Positions 63,575 to 64,000 of a DNA stretch of 64,000 nt are shown here, piece by piece. The position numbers were made by a program, and so were the translations under genes. Origin of the DNA: Betaproteobacteria bacterium HGW-Betaproteobacteria-3 (GTDB lineage Bacteria > Pseudomonadota > Gammaproteobacteria > Burkholderiales > Burkholderiaceae_C); the NCBI GenBank assembly GCA_002842205.1, contig PHCI01000010.1:28460-92459 (forward strand). The letters are read 5' to 3'. The notes beneath the pieces were generated by a model. That model was not told the DNA's origin. It saw nothing but the letters and a program-made list of their open reading frames with translations, and searched no databases. Numbering within the stretch: the stretch's first letter is position 1; each line of letters begins with the position of its first letter.

Positions 63575-64000
63575 TCAGATCACCTTGGCTTCGTTCTTGA
63601 GTTTGGCCACCAGGGTGGCAACGTCGGGCACCTTGATGCCGGCCGAGCGCTTGGGCGGCTCCACGACCTTGAGGGTCTTGAGGTGCGGCTTGATGCTCAC
63701 GCCCAGGTCCTCGGGCTTGAAGATGTCCATCTGCTTCTTCTTGGCCTTCATGATGTTGGGCAGCGTCACGTAGCGCGGCTCGTTCAGGCGCAGATCGGTG
63801 GTGACGATGGCCGGCAGGGTGATGGACAGGGTTTCGAGGCCGCCGTCGACTTCGCGCGTCACGTTGGCCTTGCCATCGACCACTTCGACTTTGGAAGCAA
63901 AGGTGGCTTGCGGCAGGTCGGCCAGCGCGGCCAGCATCTGGCCGGTCTGGTTGCAGTCGTCGTCGATGGCCTGCTTCCCCAGGATCACCAGGCCAGGCTG
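63575..64000 (-). CDS. etfB: Electron transfer flavoprotein beta subunit, C-terminal part (runs off window end)
   Basis: [25 protein letters not shown]. Confidence 0.96.
   Translation of the reverse strand, partial: QPGLVILGKQAIDDDCNQTGQMLAALADLPQATFASKVEVVDGKANVTREVDGGLETLSITLPAIVTTDLRLNEPRYVTLPNIMKAKKKQMDIFKPEDLGVSIKPHLKTLKVVEPPKRSAGIKVPDVATLVAKLKNEAKVI

Overview
GC-rich betaproteobacterial chromosome segment. Gene content and order suggest Burkholderiales/Comamonadaceae, which is an inference. It is mostly core genome: clpB (partial), molybdopterin genes (moaE, moaD, moeA, mobB), a dapA-family gene, alaA-hom-thrC, bcp, PIN-PhoH, rpsF-priB-rpsR-rplI, dnaB, an ActP-like symporter, ppsA/ppsR, a Fur-boxed iron-uptake locus (TonB-dependent receptor, piuC, tonB-exbB-exbD-hemP), grpE-dnaK-dnaJ, frmA/fghA, eptA, an SOS-boxed radical SAM gene and etfBA-ACAD. 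It also holds a ~15 kb CoA-dependent hydroxycinnamate/aromatic-acid catabolic cluster with an internally deleted thiolase. I saw no transposase, integrase, prophage, tRNA/rRNA or CRISPR array. The strongest unexplained signal is a dispersed ~65 bp AT-rich element with 11 copies in 64 kb: GCTA-N9-TAGC-N13-TTGACGGGGGCT followed by an A/T-rich tail. Its spacing is nearly invariant while the spacer sequences vary freely, and it overlaps start/stop codons and even encodes part of an EptA membrane helix. Other highlights are a Lys-codon leader peptide with nested RNA pairings upstream of the dapA-family gene, and an unannotated 24-aa membrane peptide heading the Fur-regulated tonB operon.
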